Part shown: one piece after another, positions 19,072-28,312 of the stretch | How the letters are laid out: each line of letters begins with the position of its first letter | How positions within the stretch are numbered: the first letter of the stretch is position 1 | Assembly (NCBI GenBank): GCA_016283195.1 | Contig: JAEEML010000135.1 | Location: 1,857-65,856, forward strand | Reading direction: 5' to 3' | DNA: 64,000 nt | From: Deltaproteobacteria bacterium | GTDB lineage: Bacteria > JAEEML01 | Program-made: the position numbers and the translations under genes | The notes under the pieces: model-generated | Seen by the model: the letters and a program-made list of their open reading frames with translations, nothing else | What the model was told of the DNA's origin: nothing | The model's database searches: none

Positions 19072-20736
19072 TTAATTGCTATTGCTACAGGCATGAACGC
19101 CGATTGGCGATTTGGGGTCGCTGTCGGTACCGTGGGCCACCAGAGCAAAGTGGTAAGGAAATGGGATACCTTCCTCTTGCTTTGAATCAAGTTTAAATAC
19201 TAAATAGCACTCTTCATCTTTTTTGAAATCTTTAATGGCATTTTTGATTTGGTAAACAGTAGTCATTGTCGGGGAATCGATAATGCCGGTATCTTTATCC
19301 AGTTTGGCATTGCCGGTGCAGCCTTCGAGGGCGATTTTGCAATTGGCGCCGCTGTCCGCGACTTGGGTATCGAAGGTAAAAGTAACAAAGATATCAACGG
19401 TATTGGTGGTAATACCTTCACTCGCGTTGATGCCGAATTTTATTTTGTAATAATCTGTGCCCATGGGGCCGCCGAGTTCTTCGCAGTAGCCGCTGTCATC
19501 GCAGTTATGAGTCTTATCTTTGGGCAAATATTTATTGCACCGCTTAGTAGAGCCGCTTTTGTTGATTACGCCCAGATTGTCGGCTTTTTCCGGGGTATTG
19601 TTGAGTACCTCTTCGCCGCCTATTTTTATAGTGTCATCGCGCACTTCGCAGCCGTTATTCTTTTCGTTAAAGTGGCTATAATGGAGCGGATCGCTGCTGG
19701 ACATATTAAGCCCCTGATTCAAGTAGCCATCCACATCAAAATAAGGAAATTCACAAGTGGCTTTGCCGCATTTATTCTGGGTGACAATGCCGCTATCGGC
19801 TTTGTTACAGGTGGGAATAGCATGTTTGTTGCCACCCTCGGCATCCATGCCCGGCGGGCAGTGGTCGCTGCAGGATGAGCAGTAGTTGCCGGTGCCGTAG
19901 AGGTCTTCATCGCGCGAGCCGTCGCAGTCATCGTCAATGCCGTCGCAATAAATTTCTTTTTTAGGCAGAGTGAGTGCTGTAAAGCCGTGGTTGTCCGGCA
20001 GTTCGCAGGCCCCGAAAGAGCCGTTGCGGCAGATTTCCTGGCCGTTGGCACATTCCGGCAAGGGATTGGTTAAGTTGTTGATATTTATATCACATGGGCG
20101 GCTTAAAGGCAGGCCAGTAATATCTTCGTCGTATTCGCCGTCGCAATCGTTATCTTTGCCGTCGCAAACTTCTTCGCTGGCATCCGGGGCGTCGCAGCCA
20201 AACCATTTGCTGCCATCGCAAGTTTCAATGCCGTCACAAGTGCCAATGGTGTTGGTTTTGAAACAAGTGCGCTGATTGCCGTTCTTTTTGGCATCGCAAG
20301 CGCAGGAACCGGTAGTGGGTGTGCAGAATTTACCAACTTCTTTGCCGTTTATGGATTGGGCTTTACATTCATAGCCCTTAGCGCAGCTGCCGGTAAAGGA
20401 ACAATCGCTGAGGCAGAATTTTTGTGAACCGTCGGGCATACAAATATCGCCGGGCAGACAGTCGTCGTTGGTCTCGCAAACGCCGCACATCTTGGAGCTA
20501 TTGGCTACACAAATACCGCTTGAGGATGGGTTATCGGGGATAGCGTGTTTACAAACAAGGCCGCTTGAACAGTTGTTGCGCTTGCAAGAGGCGGCACATT
20601 GTTTTACTTTGTTGATGCGCACACAATAGCCGCTGTCGCACTCTTCGTTTTTGGTACAGGGATCGCCGGCATTGCTGCAGGCTGCCACATTTAAAGTAAG
20701 TAGCAGAGCGGCTAATTTTAAACTTGCGTTTTTCAT
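19072..20736 (-). CDS. Large Cys-rich secreted lipoprotein with repeated 'putative metal-binding motif' (CDGxDxDCDG...DE) units
   Basis: Lipobox LTLNVAAC after the start at the internal ATG 20736. It has more than 60 Cys, including repeated CDGKDNDCDGEYDED and CDGIDDDCDGSRDED units like the Cys-rich Asp-rich repeats common in Myxococcota surface proteins. Confidence 0.7.
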   Translation of the reverse strand: MKNASLKLAALLLTLNVAACSNAGDPCTKNEECDSGYCVRINKVKQCAASCKRNNCSSGLVCKHAIPDNPSSSGICVANSSKMCGVCETNDDCLPGDICMPDGSQKFCLSDCSFTGSCAKGYECKAQSINGKEVGKFCTPTTGSCACDAKKNGNQRTCFKTNTIGTCDGIETCDGSKWFGCDAPDASEEVCDGKDNDCDGEYDEDITGLPLSRPCDININNLTNPLPECANGQEICRNGSFGACELPDNHGFTALTLPKKEIYCDGIDDDCDGSRDEDLYGTGNYCSSCSDHCPPGMDAEGGNKHAIPTCNKADSGIVTQNKCGKATCEFPYFDVDGYLNQGLNMSSSDPLHYSHFNEKNNGCEVRDDTIKIGGEEVLNNTPEKADNLGVINKSGSTKRCNKYLPKDKTHNCDDSGYCEELGGPMGTDYYKIKFGINASEGITTNTVDIFVTFTFDTQVADSGANCKIALEGCTGNAKLDKDTGIIDSPTMTTVYQIKNAIKDFKKDEECYLVFKLDSKQEEGIPFPYHFALVAHGTDSDPKSPIGVHACSNSN

Positions 20737-20768
20737 GTACAGAACCTCCAACTATTTAAAGTTATTAG

Positions 20769-21404
20769 CTATTCTTCTTTCCCGCCTGATAATACACGCC
20801 ATTTGGGACGTTTGCCAGGTTTTCCGGAGCTCTTCTTGGCAGCGGCATTTTCGCTTGTGCTCTTTGGTGATACTGCCCCGCCGCTTATTACTTTTAGTTT
20901 TCTTTTCTTTTCTTCTTTGGGCCGGCCGGCCGGCGCGGCTACCGGAGCGAATTCATCTTTTTGCGCCAGTTTTTGCATGGCTTCCAATTGCCGGAGTAAA
21001 TTCTCTGGCATATTTTCCGGGTAAAAACTTAATTGCCCGGAAACGGCAGATTGGCATATATATATGGAATTATAAGGTAAAACGCAGCGATAAGATTTGT
21101 CGCCAAAGGTCAAAGTGGCCTCGGCGGCCTTATTGGTTAAAGTTAAATCGGCTCTAGCAAAGCGATAACTTAAATTGATGAGCAAGTGTTCATCGCCTTT
21201 TAGCTCCGGCGGCACGTCAACTTCCGGCAGAGTGGCGTTTAAGTGAACGGTAACCAGCCCTAAATCAAGCATTTTCTTGAGCTGCGCCGCTACCAGGGAA
21301 TTGCGCTTTTCCTGCTCACGCGCCGCAGGCCGGCGGCCGGTTTTGGGGGAGGTGGCGCGGCCTTTTGGGCTATCCCCGCGTTTTTCCTCCTGATCTTTCC
21401 GCAT
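20769..21404 (-). CDS. sspB: SspB-like ClpXP adaptor (stringent starvation protein B family)
   Basis: The core (LVTVHLNATLPEVDVPPELKGDEHLLINLSYRFARADLTLTN...YRCVLPYNSIYI) aligns by eye to the E. coli SspB substrate-binding domain (VDVTLPGVQVP...IVLNIAPRAV...FNARFGG...VSVPLAAVLAIYA). The C-terminal tail has two ClpX-binding-like peptides (RKLKVISGG and RPKWRVLSGG; compare E. coli RPALRVVK). The true start may be downstream of the track start. Confidence 0.5.
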   Translation of the reverse strand: MRKDQEEKRGDSPKGRATSPKTGRRPAAREQEKRNSLVAAQLKKMLDLGLVTVHLNATLPEVDVPPELKGDEHLLINLSYRFARADLTLTNKAAEATLTFGDKSYRCVLPYNSIYICQSAVSGQLSFYPENMPENLLRQLEAMQKLAQKDEFAPVAAPAGRPKEEKKRKLKVISGGAVSPKSTSENAAAKKSSGKPGKRPKWRVLSGGKEE

Positions 21405-21540
21405 TGTTACCCCTTCTTTGGCAGTTGTTTACGGCTTAAAAACCGTAAAACAAAGCATATAATATATTTTTATACCAACTTGCTCAAAGATACTATAAAA
21501 ATATATAAGCCGCTTGCGAAATAAAGCGGAGGAGATTTTT

Positions 21541-24285
21541 ATGTGCGTGTTTTCTAAAAAAATTAGCCTTTTAGCTTTTGGCTTTCTTTTCTTTTTTACT
21601 TTTGACCTTGAAGCTGCCGTTTTGAGCCCGGAGCTGGAAAAGGCTTTTGCGGCCGGGCCCTTGCAACGGGTTATTGTCAGCCTTAAAGATGAGTTTTATT
21701 CGCCGGTTAAAAGTGAGAAAAAGCTAACTTACAAAGAGCGCGTTGCCCGCAGGAAGCAAATGCGGGCGGCCTATAAAAAAGAAAAAGATGAGCTAAAGGC
21801 TGCCATGAAGAGTAAGGGCGAGGAGCTTAAAATTATCCATGAATATTCCATACTCCCCATGATGGCTCTTAATGTGACAAGAGCCCAGGCGCTGCTTTTG
21901 CTTGATAATCCGCTGGTGGAGCAAATAGAGGCGGATAAAAAAGCTGCGCCGGCTATCAGTGAGGCGGCTGATTTTGTCGGGGTGGCCGATTATCAGCAAT
22001 ATACCCACGGCGGGGCGGGCACGGCCATTGCCATATTGGATACCCCGGTGCAATATTGGAATAAAGATTACTTTCCGGGATGCTTTGAAAAAGGCAAATT
22101 TGTTCCCGATAGCACATCGACTAAATGCCCGATAAAAAAGTGGATTAATGTTGTTGACGGAACTGATGTCGAGGAACTTGCCGCTAAATCGGATCATGGC
22201 TCAATTGTGGCGGCAACAGTTAATGCCATAGCTCCGGAAGCTCAAATAATTGCCATTAATGTCTTTCACTGGGATAGTACAGCAGGTAAAACCGGTGCTC
22301 CCATGAGTTATAACAGCGATCAGATTGCCGGGTTAAACTATGTTCTCGATAACCTGGAAGCCGGGCACGATTTAGCCGCTTATAATATTATGGCTGTTAA
22401 TATGTCGCTTTCTGGTAAAAGAACCGATAATCCTTCCACTCCCTGTAATGGGATTGCCACCAAAAAGCCCATTTGGAATCTTTATAATGATGATTATTAT
22501 GTTGAAGGCCAAATGATTTTTCCCGGAATTGCCACTTTTATCGCTGCCGGCAATGACGGCCTTGCTAACAGCGTCGGCGAGCCGAGTTGCGTTTCGGCGG
22601 CTTTTACCGTGGGCGCTCAATTTTATCGCAGCGGTGGTGATACCTACTCGTGCACACTGGAAAATGGTACAAATTATAAACAACATGGCGAGCCGGGCGA
22701 TATTGCCTGCTTCTCTAACCGTAACGGCCTAGTGGATATTGTGGCGCCGGGTGTAAATATTCTCTATGCTAAGGGCACAGACTCAGAAGGCGCTCATAGC
22801 GGCACCTCTTTTGCCTCGCCTTTAGCTGCCGCTTCTTATCTCCTTTATCAAGCGGCTTATCACGAAGAGCGTGGTATTTATGATGATATCATCTGGGCAG
22901 AACAGCTCTTTAAAACTATGTCTCAGCCTATATATTCTTTTGGCAGCTATTATTCGCAATTTAATTTAAAAAATGAGCTTACTCCGCATTGGAGTGCCGG
23001 TTTTCCTTTGAGCCCCCGCTATGCTGTCGGTATTGATGAAGACACCGCTGAAGAATCGAGAAACCGCATTTATAAAGATAGAACCCTGGTGCGCACCGTA
23101 ACTATTACCGAGGCCAATGCCGATCAGCTGATGCTATCAAGCAAAGTCGGCGGCATGTATTTGAGTGTCGATTTAGTGGTGCCGCATCTAAAAAATATAA
23201 CTATTTCCATAACTTCTCCGGATGGAACATTTGTTAGATTTCCTCTGCCGGATACCACTACCGCCAATTTTAACGGCATTATAGGCCGCACAATTTTGCC
23301 TGGGGCTCTGCAATCTTTTAACGGTAAAAAGGTTCACGGTACTTGGAATATAGAATTTCATAATAATTCCGATGAAGTAGCCTATTTAATGATGGCCAGC
23401 TTGCTCTTTGTGAATGATGGCTGCCAGCCGGCCTGCGATATGTTTAGCTGCGGTGATAACCTCTGCGGCGGTATTTGCGGAGTTAGCAGCTGTGATGATG
23501 ACGTCTATTGCAACGGCGCTGAACACTGCCGCTACGGCTCCTGTCACAGCGGCAATATTTCCGAAGTTGATCCAAATTGCGAAGACGGCGACGAGCTTCC
23601 TTGTACCAGCTACTGCAATGAAGGCCTTAGAAAGTGCGATGTTGCCGGCGGCAAAAAAACACTTAAAGGCTACTGCCTGATTGATAATACTTGTTACAAA
23701 GAGGGCGAGCGCAAGCCGGATAACGCCTGTCAGAGCTGCCAGTCAACCATCAGCCAAACCACCTTTATAGTGGATAAATATGCCACCACCTGTGAAAACG
23801 GCGACCTTTGCACCATGGATGATTATTGTAATACGGGAGTATGTATGCCCGGCGTAAGCCGTGATTGCGATGATGATAACATTTGTACCGAAGACAGTTG
23901 TGACAGCAAACTCGGTTGTGTGCATATAAATTTGGACACCACCTGCGATGATGGCAATGCCTGCACTTTAGGTGAGCGCTGCATAGATGGCAAATGCAGC
24001 GGCGGCGACCGCATTTTTTGTGATGATAATAACATTTGTACCAACGATAGCTGCGATCCAGAAAGCGGCAAATGCCTCTTTGTAAATAATGAATTGCCTT
24101 GTGATGACGGCAATGCCGAAACAGTGGGTGATAAATGCTATAAAGGCGCCTGTGTGCCGGGCAAGAAAAAGAGCGGCTGCTCCTGCCGGGGCGGCGACGA
24201 CCCGTCGGCTATATTTGGCGCCTTTACGGTGCTATTTTTGCTGGCTCTATTTATGCGGCGCAAAGGTGAGATTAGCGCAAAGTAA
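21541..24285 (+). CDS. Secreted subtilisin-like S8 serine protease with an I9 propeptide, C-terminal Myxo-type Cys-rich repeats and a MYXO-CTERM-like sorting tail
   Basis: Start at ATG 21541 (GGAGGAG RBS) followed by a signal peptide. The catalytic triad context is ILDTPV (Asp), HGSIVAAT (His) and GTSFASP (Ser). The C-terminal ~250 aa carry repeated CxDGNxCTxxxC units (CDDGNACTLGERC, CDDNNICTNDSC, CDDGNAETVGDKC). The C-terminus ...GCSCRGGDDPSAIFGAFTVLFLLALFMRRKG is a GC motif, a hydrophobic helix and a basic cluster. Confidence 0.85.
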   Translation: MCVFSKKISLLAFGFLFFFTFDLEAAVLSPELEKAFAAGPLQRVIVSLKDEFYSPVKSEKKLTYKERVARRKQMRAAYKKEKDELKAAMKSKGEELKIIHEYSILPMMALNVTRAQALLLLDNPLVEQIEADKKAAPAISEAADFVGVADYQQYTHGGAGTAIAILDTPVQYWNKDYFPGCFEKGKFVPDSTSTKCPIKKWINVVDGTDVEELAAKSDHGSIVAATVNAIAPEAQIIAINVFHWDSTAGKTGAPMSYNSDQIAGLNYVLDNLEAGHDLAAYNIMAVNMSLSGKRTDNPSTPCNGIATKKPIWNLYNDDYYVEGQMIFPGIATFIAAGNDGLANSVGEPSCVSAAFTVGAQFYRSGGDTYSCTLENGTNYKQHGEPGDIACFSNRNGLVDIVAPGVNILYAKGTDSEGAHSGTSFASPLAAASYLLYQAAYHEERGIYDDIIWAEQLFKTMSQPIYSFGSYYSQFNLKNELTPHWSAGFPLSPRYAVGIDEDTAEESRNRIYKDRTLVRTVTITEANADQLMLSSKVGGMYLSVDLVVPHLKNITISITSPDGTFVRFPLPDTTTANFNGIIGRTILPGALQSFNGKKVHGTWNIEFHNNSDEVAYLMMASLLFVNDGCQPACDMFSCGDNLCGGICGVSSCDDDVYCNGAEHCRYGSCHSGNISEVDPNCEDGDELPCTSYCNEGLRKCDVAGGKKTLKGYCLIDNTCYKEGERKPDNACQSCQSTISQTTFIVDKYATTCENGDLCTMDDYCNTGVCMPGVSRDCDDDNICTEDSCDSKLGCVHINLDTTCDDGNACTLGERCIDGKCSGGDRIFCDDNNICTNDSCDPESGKCLFVNNELPCDDGNAETVGDKCYKGACVPGKKKSGCSCRGGDDPSAIFGAFTVLFLLALFMRRKGEISAK

Positions 24286-26671
24286 CTACCGTTACGCCGT
24301 CGCCGCCTTCGGCACTTTCTCCGCTCCTAAAACTGCTAACATAAGGGGATATTTTTAAAGCCGAGCGAATGGCTTCTTTGACGGCGCCGGTGCCGTGGCC
24401 GTGGACAATTACCACTTCGTTTAAGCCGTCGTCATAGTGTGAATCGAGAAAATGCTCGCACTCGCTTAAAGCATCGTCCACTCTGAGGCCGCGCAGATCG
24501 AGGCGCATACCGGCCCGCTCGGCTCTGGTGATTTTGGGAATACTGAATTTTACATGGTCGTCTTTGGCGCTTTTAGCCTGGCCTTTGGGCGCGGCTTTAT
24601 AAGGGCGCAGGCGCTTTAGAGCATAATTGGCTCTAAGACTATCTTTTCTTAAAGCGGCTTCCCCCTTTCTTTCATCAATAGATTCGATGATAAAGGGCAC
24701 TTGGCCCATGTTATTCACCAAAACCTTTTCGCCAACTTTGAAAATATAATTCTCCGGCAGCTCCTCTTCTTCCTTTTGCTGGCCGTTTTGTAAGAGCATG
24801 AGATCCATCCTGGCTTTTTGCACGCGGCGCATTTTTTCCTTTGGCGTTCCGGTTTCATCTTGCAGCGCGGCGATAGTGCGCGAGATTTTCTCTTTAACTT
24901 CGGCTATTTCTTTTCCCAGTTCGGCGCGCACCAGTTTTTCCAAATGGGCGCGCTCACTCTCCAGCTCCCGGCTCTTTTCGGCGAGGCGCGCCCGCTCGTC
25001 CATGAGCTTATCTTTAAGAGCGTTAGTCTCTTTGGTGAGCTCGGAAAGGCGGACATCGCGCTGATTAAGGCGTGAGAGCACCACCTCCAGCTGGCCATGC
25101 TCCGGGCCGGCAAGCTCTCTGGCCCGCTCAATTATGCGGCTATCAACGCCCACAGCCGCCGCGACAGCCAAGGGGTTTGAGCTGCCGCTGCCGCCCATAA
25201 ACAGCTGATAAGTGGGGCGGCCGTTTTCCTGGTCAAACCCCATGGCAATATTGAAAAAGCGCTTATCTTCCTCGGCCACCATTTTTAAGGTGGTGTAGTG
25301 GGTGGTAACCAGCACCAGCGCTCCCCGGGCGATAAAGGCCTCAATGATGGCGCGGGCCAGAGCGGCGCCCTGCACCGGCTCGGTATCGGCCAAAAGTTCA
25401 TCTAGGAGCACCAGAGTTTGGGCATCCGGCCCGGCTAATTGCTCCAAAGCGCTCTTTAAGCTGCTGATATGCGCCGAAAAGGTGGATTGCCCGGTGGCTA
25501 TATCCTGTTCATCGCCGATACTCACCTGAGCATCAGCAAAAAGGGGCATTTTTGAGCCGTCGGCCACAGTATAGGGCAGGCCGGCGGCCTGGCAGAGCGC
25601 AGCCAGGCCAAAACTCTTTAATAACACCGACTTACCGCCGGCATTGGGCCCGGTGACCATGAGAGCCTTTTGCTCTGATGTTAATTTTAAATCATTAGCC
25701 ACCACTTTTATGCCTTTATCGAGCAAGAGCGGGTGGCGGATGCGCCGCAGATAAATGGGTGTCTCCTTAGGCACAATTTCCATAAAAGAACATTCATATT
25801 GGGCAAAATAATTGGCGGCCGCTAAAAGAGCATCCAAAGCGGCCGCCAGAGTTAGCGCCCGGGCAATAGCCGCGCCGTAATGAGCCGCCTCTTGTGAGAG
25901 CATGGAGAGGAGGCGCTCTTCTTCTTCTTTTATCTCACCGGCAAGAGCCACCAGTTGATTGCCGTACTGCACCACGGCTTCAGGCTCTATATAGGCCGTT
26001 TTCTTGGTGTTTGAGAGATCGTGCAAAATGCCGCCCACTTGGCTTCTCATCTCGCTTTTTACCGGCAAAACATAGCGCCCGGAGCGGATGGTATAAAAGG
26101 TGTCACTAAGGAGCCCCTTTTGATTAAGATTATAAACCATCTCATCCAGAGTGTGCTCTACCCCGCGTGAAGCTTCGCGCTGCCGCCCTTTAAGGCGGGC
26201 CAAATCCGGGGAAGCACTTTCTTTGATAGTGCCGTCGGCAGCAATAACTGCGCCGATAGCCGCATAGAGCGAGCGCATACTTTTAAGCTCTATGAGGCTC
26301 TCTTTTATGGCCGGAAAATTTTCGGGAAGATCATCGCGCCACTCGGCCAGAGCCGTTGATATATAGGCAATTTGGCTAATGGCTCTAAGGCTCTCCACAT
26401 CCAGCACCGCGCCCCTTTTTAAAAGATCGAGCGCAGTGCTCACATCGCTAAATTCTGCGAGCGGCGGTAAAGCCAAAAGGCGATTCTTTAGCTCAAAAAG
26501 TTCGCCGATAATTTGCCGGCGTCGCCCGCGCTCTGCCCCGGAAATAGCCGGATTAAAGCTAAGCACGGCCTCTTTCCCCAGGGCGGAACGGCATTTATGA
26601 GCAATATGCTCAAGTAAAAGCGGCCAGGAGAGGGCTTTTAATGTATGAGCCGAAAAAGAAGAATTAATCAT
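24272..26671 (-). CDS. mutS2: Endonuclease MutS2
   Basis: MutS ATPase domain (GPNAGGKSVLLK, DELLADTEP) and a C-terminal Smr domain (LDLRGLRVDDAL...VVIVHGHGTGAVKEAI), 799 aa. Confidence 0.9.
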   Translation of the reverse strand: MINSSFSAHTLKALSWPLLLEHIAHKCRSALGKEAVLSFNPAISGAERGRRRQIIGELFELKNRLLALPPLAEFSDVSTALDLLKRGAVLDVESLRAISQIAYISTALAEWRDDLPENFPAIKESLIELKSMRSLYAAIGAVIAADGTIKESASPDLARLKGRQREASRGVEHTLDEMVYNLNQKGLLSDTFYTIRSGRYVLPVKSEMRSQVGGILHDLSNTKKTAYIEPEAVVQYGNQLVALAGEIKEEEERLLSMLSQEAAHYGAAIARALTLAAALDALLAAANYFAQYECSFMEIVPKETPIYLRRIRHPLLLDKGIKVVANDLKLTSEQKALMVTGPNAGGKSVLLKSFGLAALCQAAGLPYTVADGSKMPLFADAQVSIGDEQDIATGQSTFSAHISSLKSALEQLAGPDAQTLVLLDELLADTEPVQGAALARAIIEAFIARGALVLVTTHYTTLKMVAEEDKRFFNIAMGFDQENGRPTYQLFMGGSGSSNPLAVAAAVGVDSRIIERARELAGPEHGQLEVVLSRLNQRDVRLSELTKETNALKDKLMDERARLAEKSRELESERAHLEKLVRAELGKEIAEVKEKISRTIAALQDETGTPKEKMRRVQKARMDLMLLQNGQQKEEEELPENYIFKVGEKVLVNNMGQVPFIIESIDERKGEAALRKDSLRANYALKRLRPYKAAPKGQAKSAKDDHVKFSIPKITRAERAGMRLDLRGLRVDDALSECEHFLDSHYDDGLNEVVIVHGHGTGAVKEAIRSALKISPYVSSFRSGESAEGGDGVTVVTLR

Positions 26672-26719
26672 TTTAGGAAACCTTTGGAAAATTAGCGGGG
26701 AGAGAAGCAGAAGCAGCTA

Positions 26720-27724
26720 TTATTTACCTTTTTTGCTGCGCTCGGCCAGGATAGCGAGAGCATCGGAAAGCCCTTTGTGGATCTTCTCGATATCTTTTTT
26801 CTTCCAGCTCTTTTTGTCGCCGCGCACAAAGGTGGTGAGGTCGGCAGTGTTGTCAAAAACGCCAACGGGGATATAGTGATGCTTCATTTCAAAGCGCTTG
26901 CCATCGTTAATTAGTTTATCGATGCGGATGGTATTGGGCTTATCGGATTGGCTAATCATATATTCCATATCGTCGCAGCCATACTCTTCGAGCATAACTT
27001 CCATCGGCACGGAGTGGTTCAAAATGGAGCCCTGAGCATTGGGCAGGCCGCGTTCGATATTTTTGCGGCGGCTATCTTCCGGAGTCACTTTTACATAGAG
27101 AATAGTGGCTTTTTCCAAAAGTTCTTCAGAGAAGAGCTCTAAGGAGTATTGATAGCCACGAGGCGGGCAGAGCGGGAAAGCAGCGCCGTTTTGGCCGCCT
27201 CTCGCCAGTTCTATTACAATGGTTTTGCCTTTGCGATCTTGGCTACAGGTCTTGTTTAAAATATCGAGCTCTTTTTTGGCATCGGCTTCACAGGCAGCGC
27301 AAACTTCTTTTCTGATGCGGTGCGGGATATTGCCAAGAACCGGCTCCATACCTACTTTAGCCATAGCGGCGTCCATGCGGTCCATCAGGTGGTCTGCCGC
27401 CGATTCCGGCTTGTGGGTGATTTTGTTCAAAAGATTGTGATAATCTTCATTTAAGAGCTCAATGAGAACGCCCCAGCAGTAGGGGTTGATGAAGGGGCGG
27501 TTGGGGCCTTTATAAAAGATATAATCCTGGCCACGGGCTTTGAGTTCGTCGTCAAAGCGGTGCATCATGTGCACGTAGGGGTAATCATCCAGCTGTAAAG
27601 TAGCGCCCATGTGCATATCTTTTTTACATTGCTCGGGCGAAAGGCTGGCCATGTAAGTACGGGTTTCCGATTTGCCGGAAGCGGGCAGAGCCAGAAGCAG
27701 GATGGTGTCCAGAATGTCACTCAT
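26720..27724 (-). CDS. P-loop NTPase/kinase-like protein, function unknown
   Basis: N-terminal Walker A (LLLALPASGKSETRTY) resembling the PFK2/zeta-toxin-type kinase P-loop. 334 aa with no other recognisable motif. It lies 48 nt upstream of mutS2 on the same strand. Confidence 0.5.
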   Translation of the reverse strand: MSDILDTILLLALPASGKSETRTYMASLSPEQCKKDMHMGATLQLDDYPYVHMMHRFDDELKARGQDYIFYKGPNRPFINPYCWGVLIELLNEDYHNLLNKITHKPESAADHLMDRMDAAMAKVGMEPVLGNIPHRIRKEVCAACEADAKKELDILNKTCSQDRKGKTIVIELARGGQNGAAFPLCPPRGYQYSLELFSEELLEKATILYVKVTPEDSRRKNIERGLPNAQGSILNHSVPMEVMLEEYGCDDMEYMISQSDKPNTIRIDKLINDGKRFEMKHHYIPVGVFDNTADLTTFVRGDKKSWKKKDIEKIHKGLSDALAILAERSKKGK

Positions 27725-27924
27725 AAAAAACCTCCATAATGTGATTGGCGTTTTACGCCAGAAATTTGGCCGCTATGCTAGCAAAGGAGAGGCAAAGGTA
27801 AAAGCGAAAAATGCATAAGCGGCAAAATATTTTTAATAGCAGCTTATTTGACCGCTGCTAAGAGCCATTTTGGCCCGGCAAAAGATACAAAATGACAAAA
27901 AATTAAAAAAACTGATAAAAATGC

Positions 27925-27952
27925 TTGCTATTTTACAGTTTGTTACTAAAAT
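27925..27952 (+). promoter_or_regulatory. Candidate sigma-70 promoter for rpsU (TTGCTA, 16 nt spacer, TAAAAT)
   Basis: The -35-like TTGCTA (27925-27930) and -10-like TAAAAT (27947-27952) lie ~50 nt upstream of the rpsU start in an AT-rich divergent intergenic region. Confidence 0.4.
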
Positions 27953-28003
27953 CGCGCGCGACTTATCGCTTGTAAGTCGAGAATGCGGAAGGAGGTGATT
28001 ACG

Positions 28004-28201
28004 GTGACTAAAGTAGTCGTGAAAGACGGAGAGCCTTTTGAAAAGGCCTTAAAGCGCTTTAAAAAGAAAGTGGAAGCTGCCGGTATTCTTAAAGAAGTGC
28101 GTAAGCGGGAATTCTATATGAAGCCCTCAGTGCGCAAAAAAGAAAAACAGCGCTCCGCTGAAAAGCGTCGCCGTCGCAGCGCCAGCAGACAGCGCCAGTA
28201 G
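28004..28201 (+). CDS. rpsU: 30S ribosomal protein S21
   Basis: [48 protein letters not shown]... is a clear bS21. The start is taken as GTG 28004 with a GGAGGTGA RBS at 27991-27998; the track ORF begins at the in-frame ATG 27983. Confidence 0.85.
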   Translation: MTKVVVKDGEPFEKALKRFKKKVEAAGILKEVRKREFYMKPSVRKKEKQRSAEKRRRRSASRQRQ

Positions 28202-28312
28202 TCATCTCCAGCTATGCTGGAAAAAGAAGCGGCAGGGATTCTTCGGAATCCCTGCCATTTAATTTTAACCTTTAACCCTAACTGTTCGACTAATTTTGAG
28301 GAAGCTAACAAC

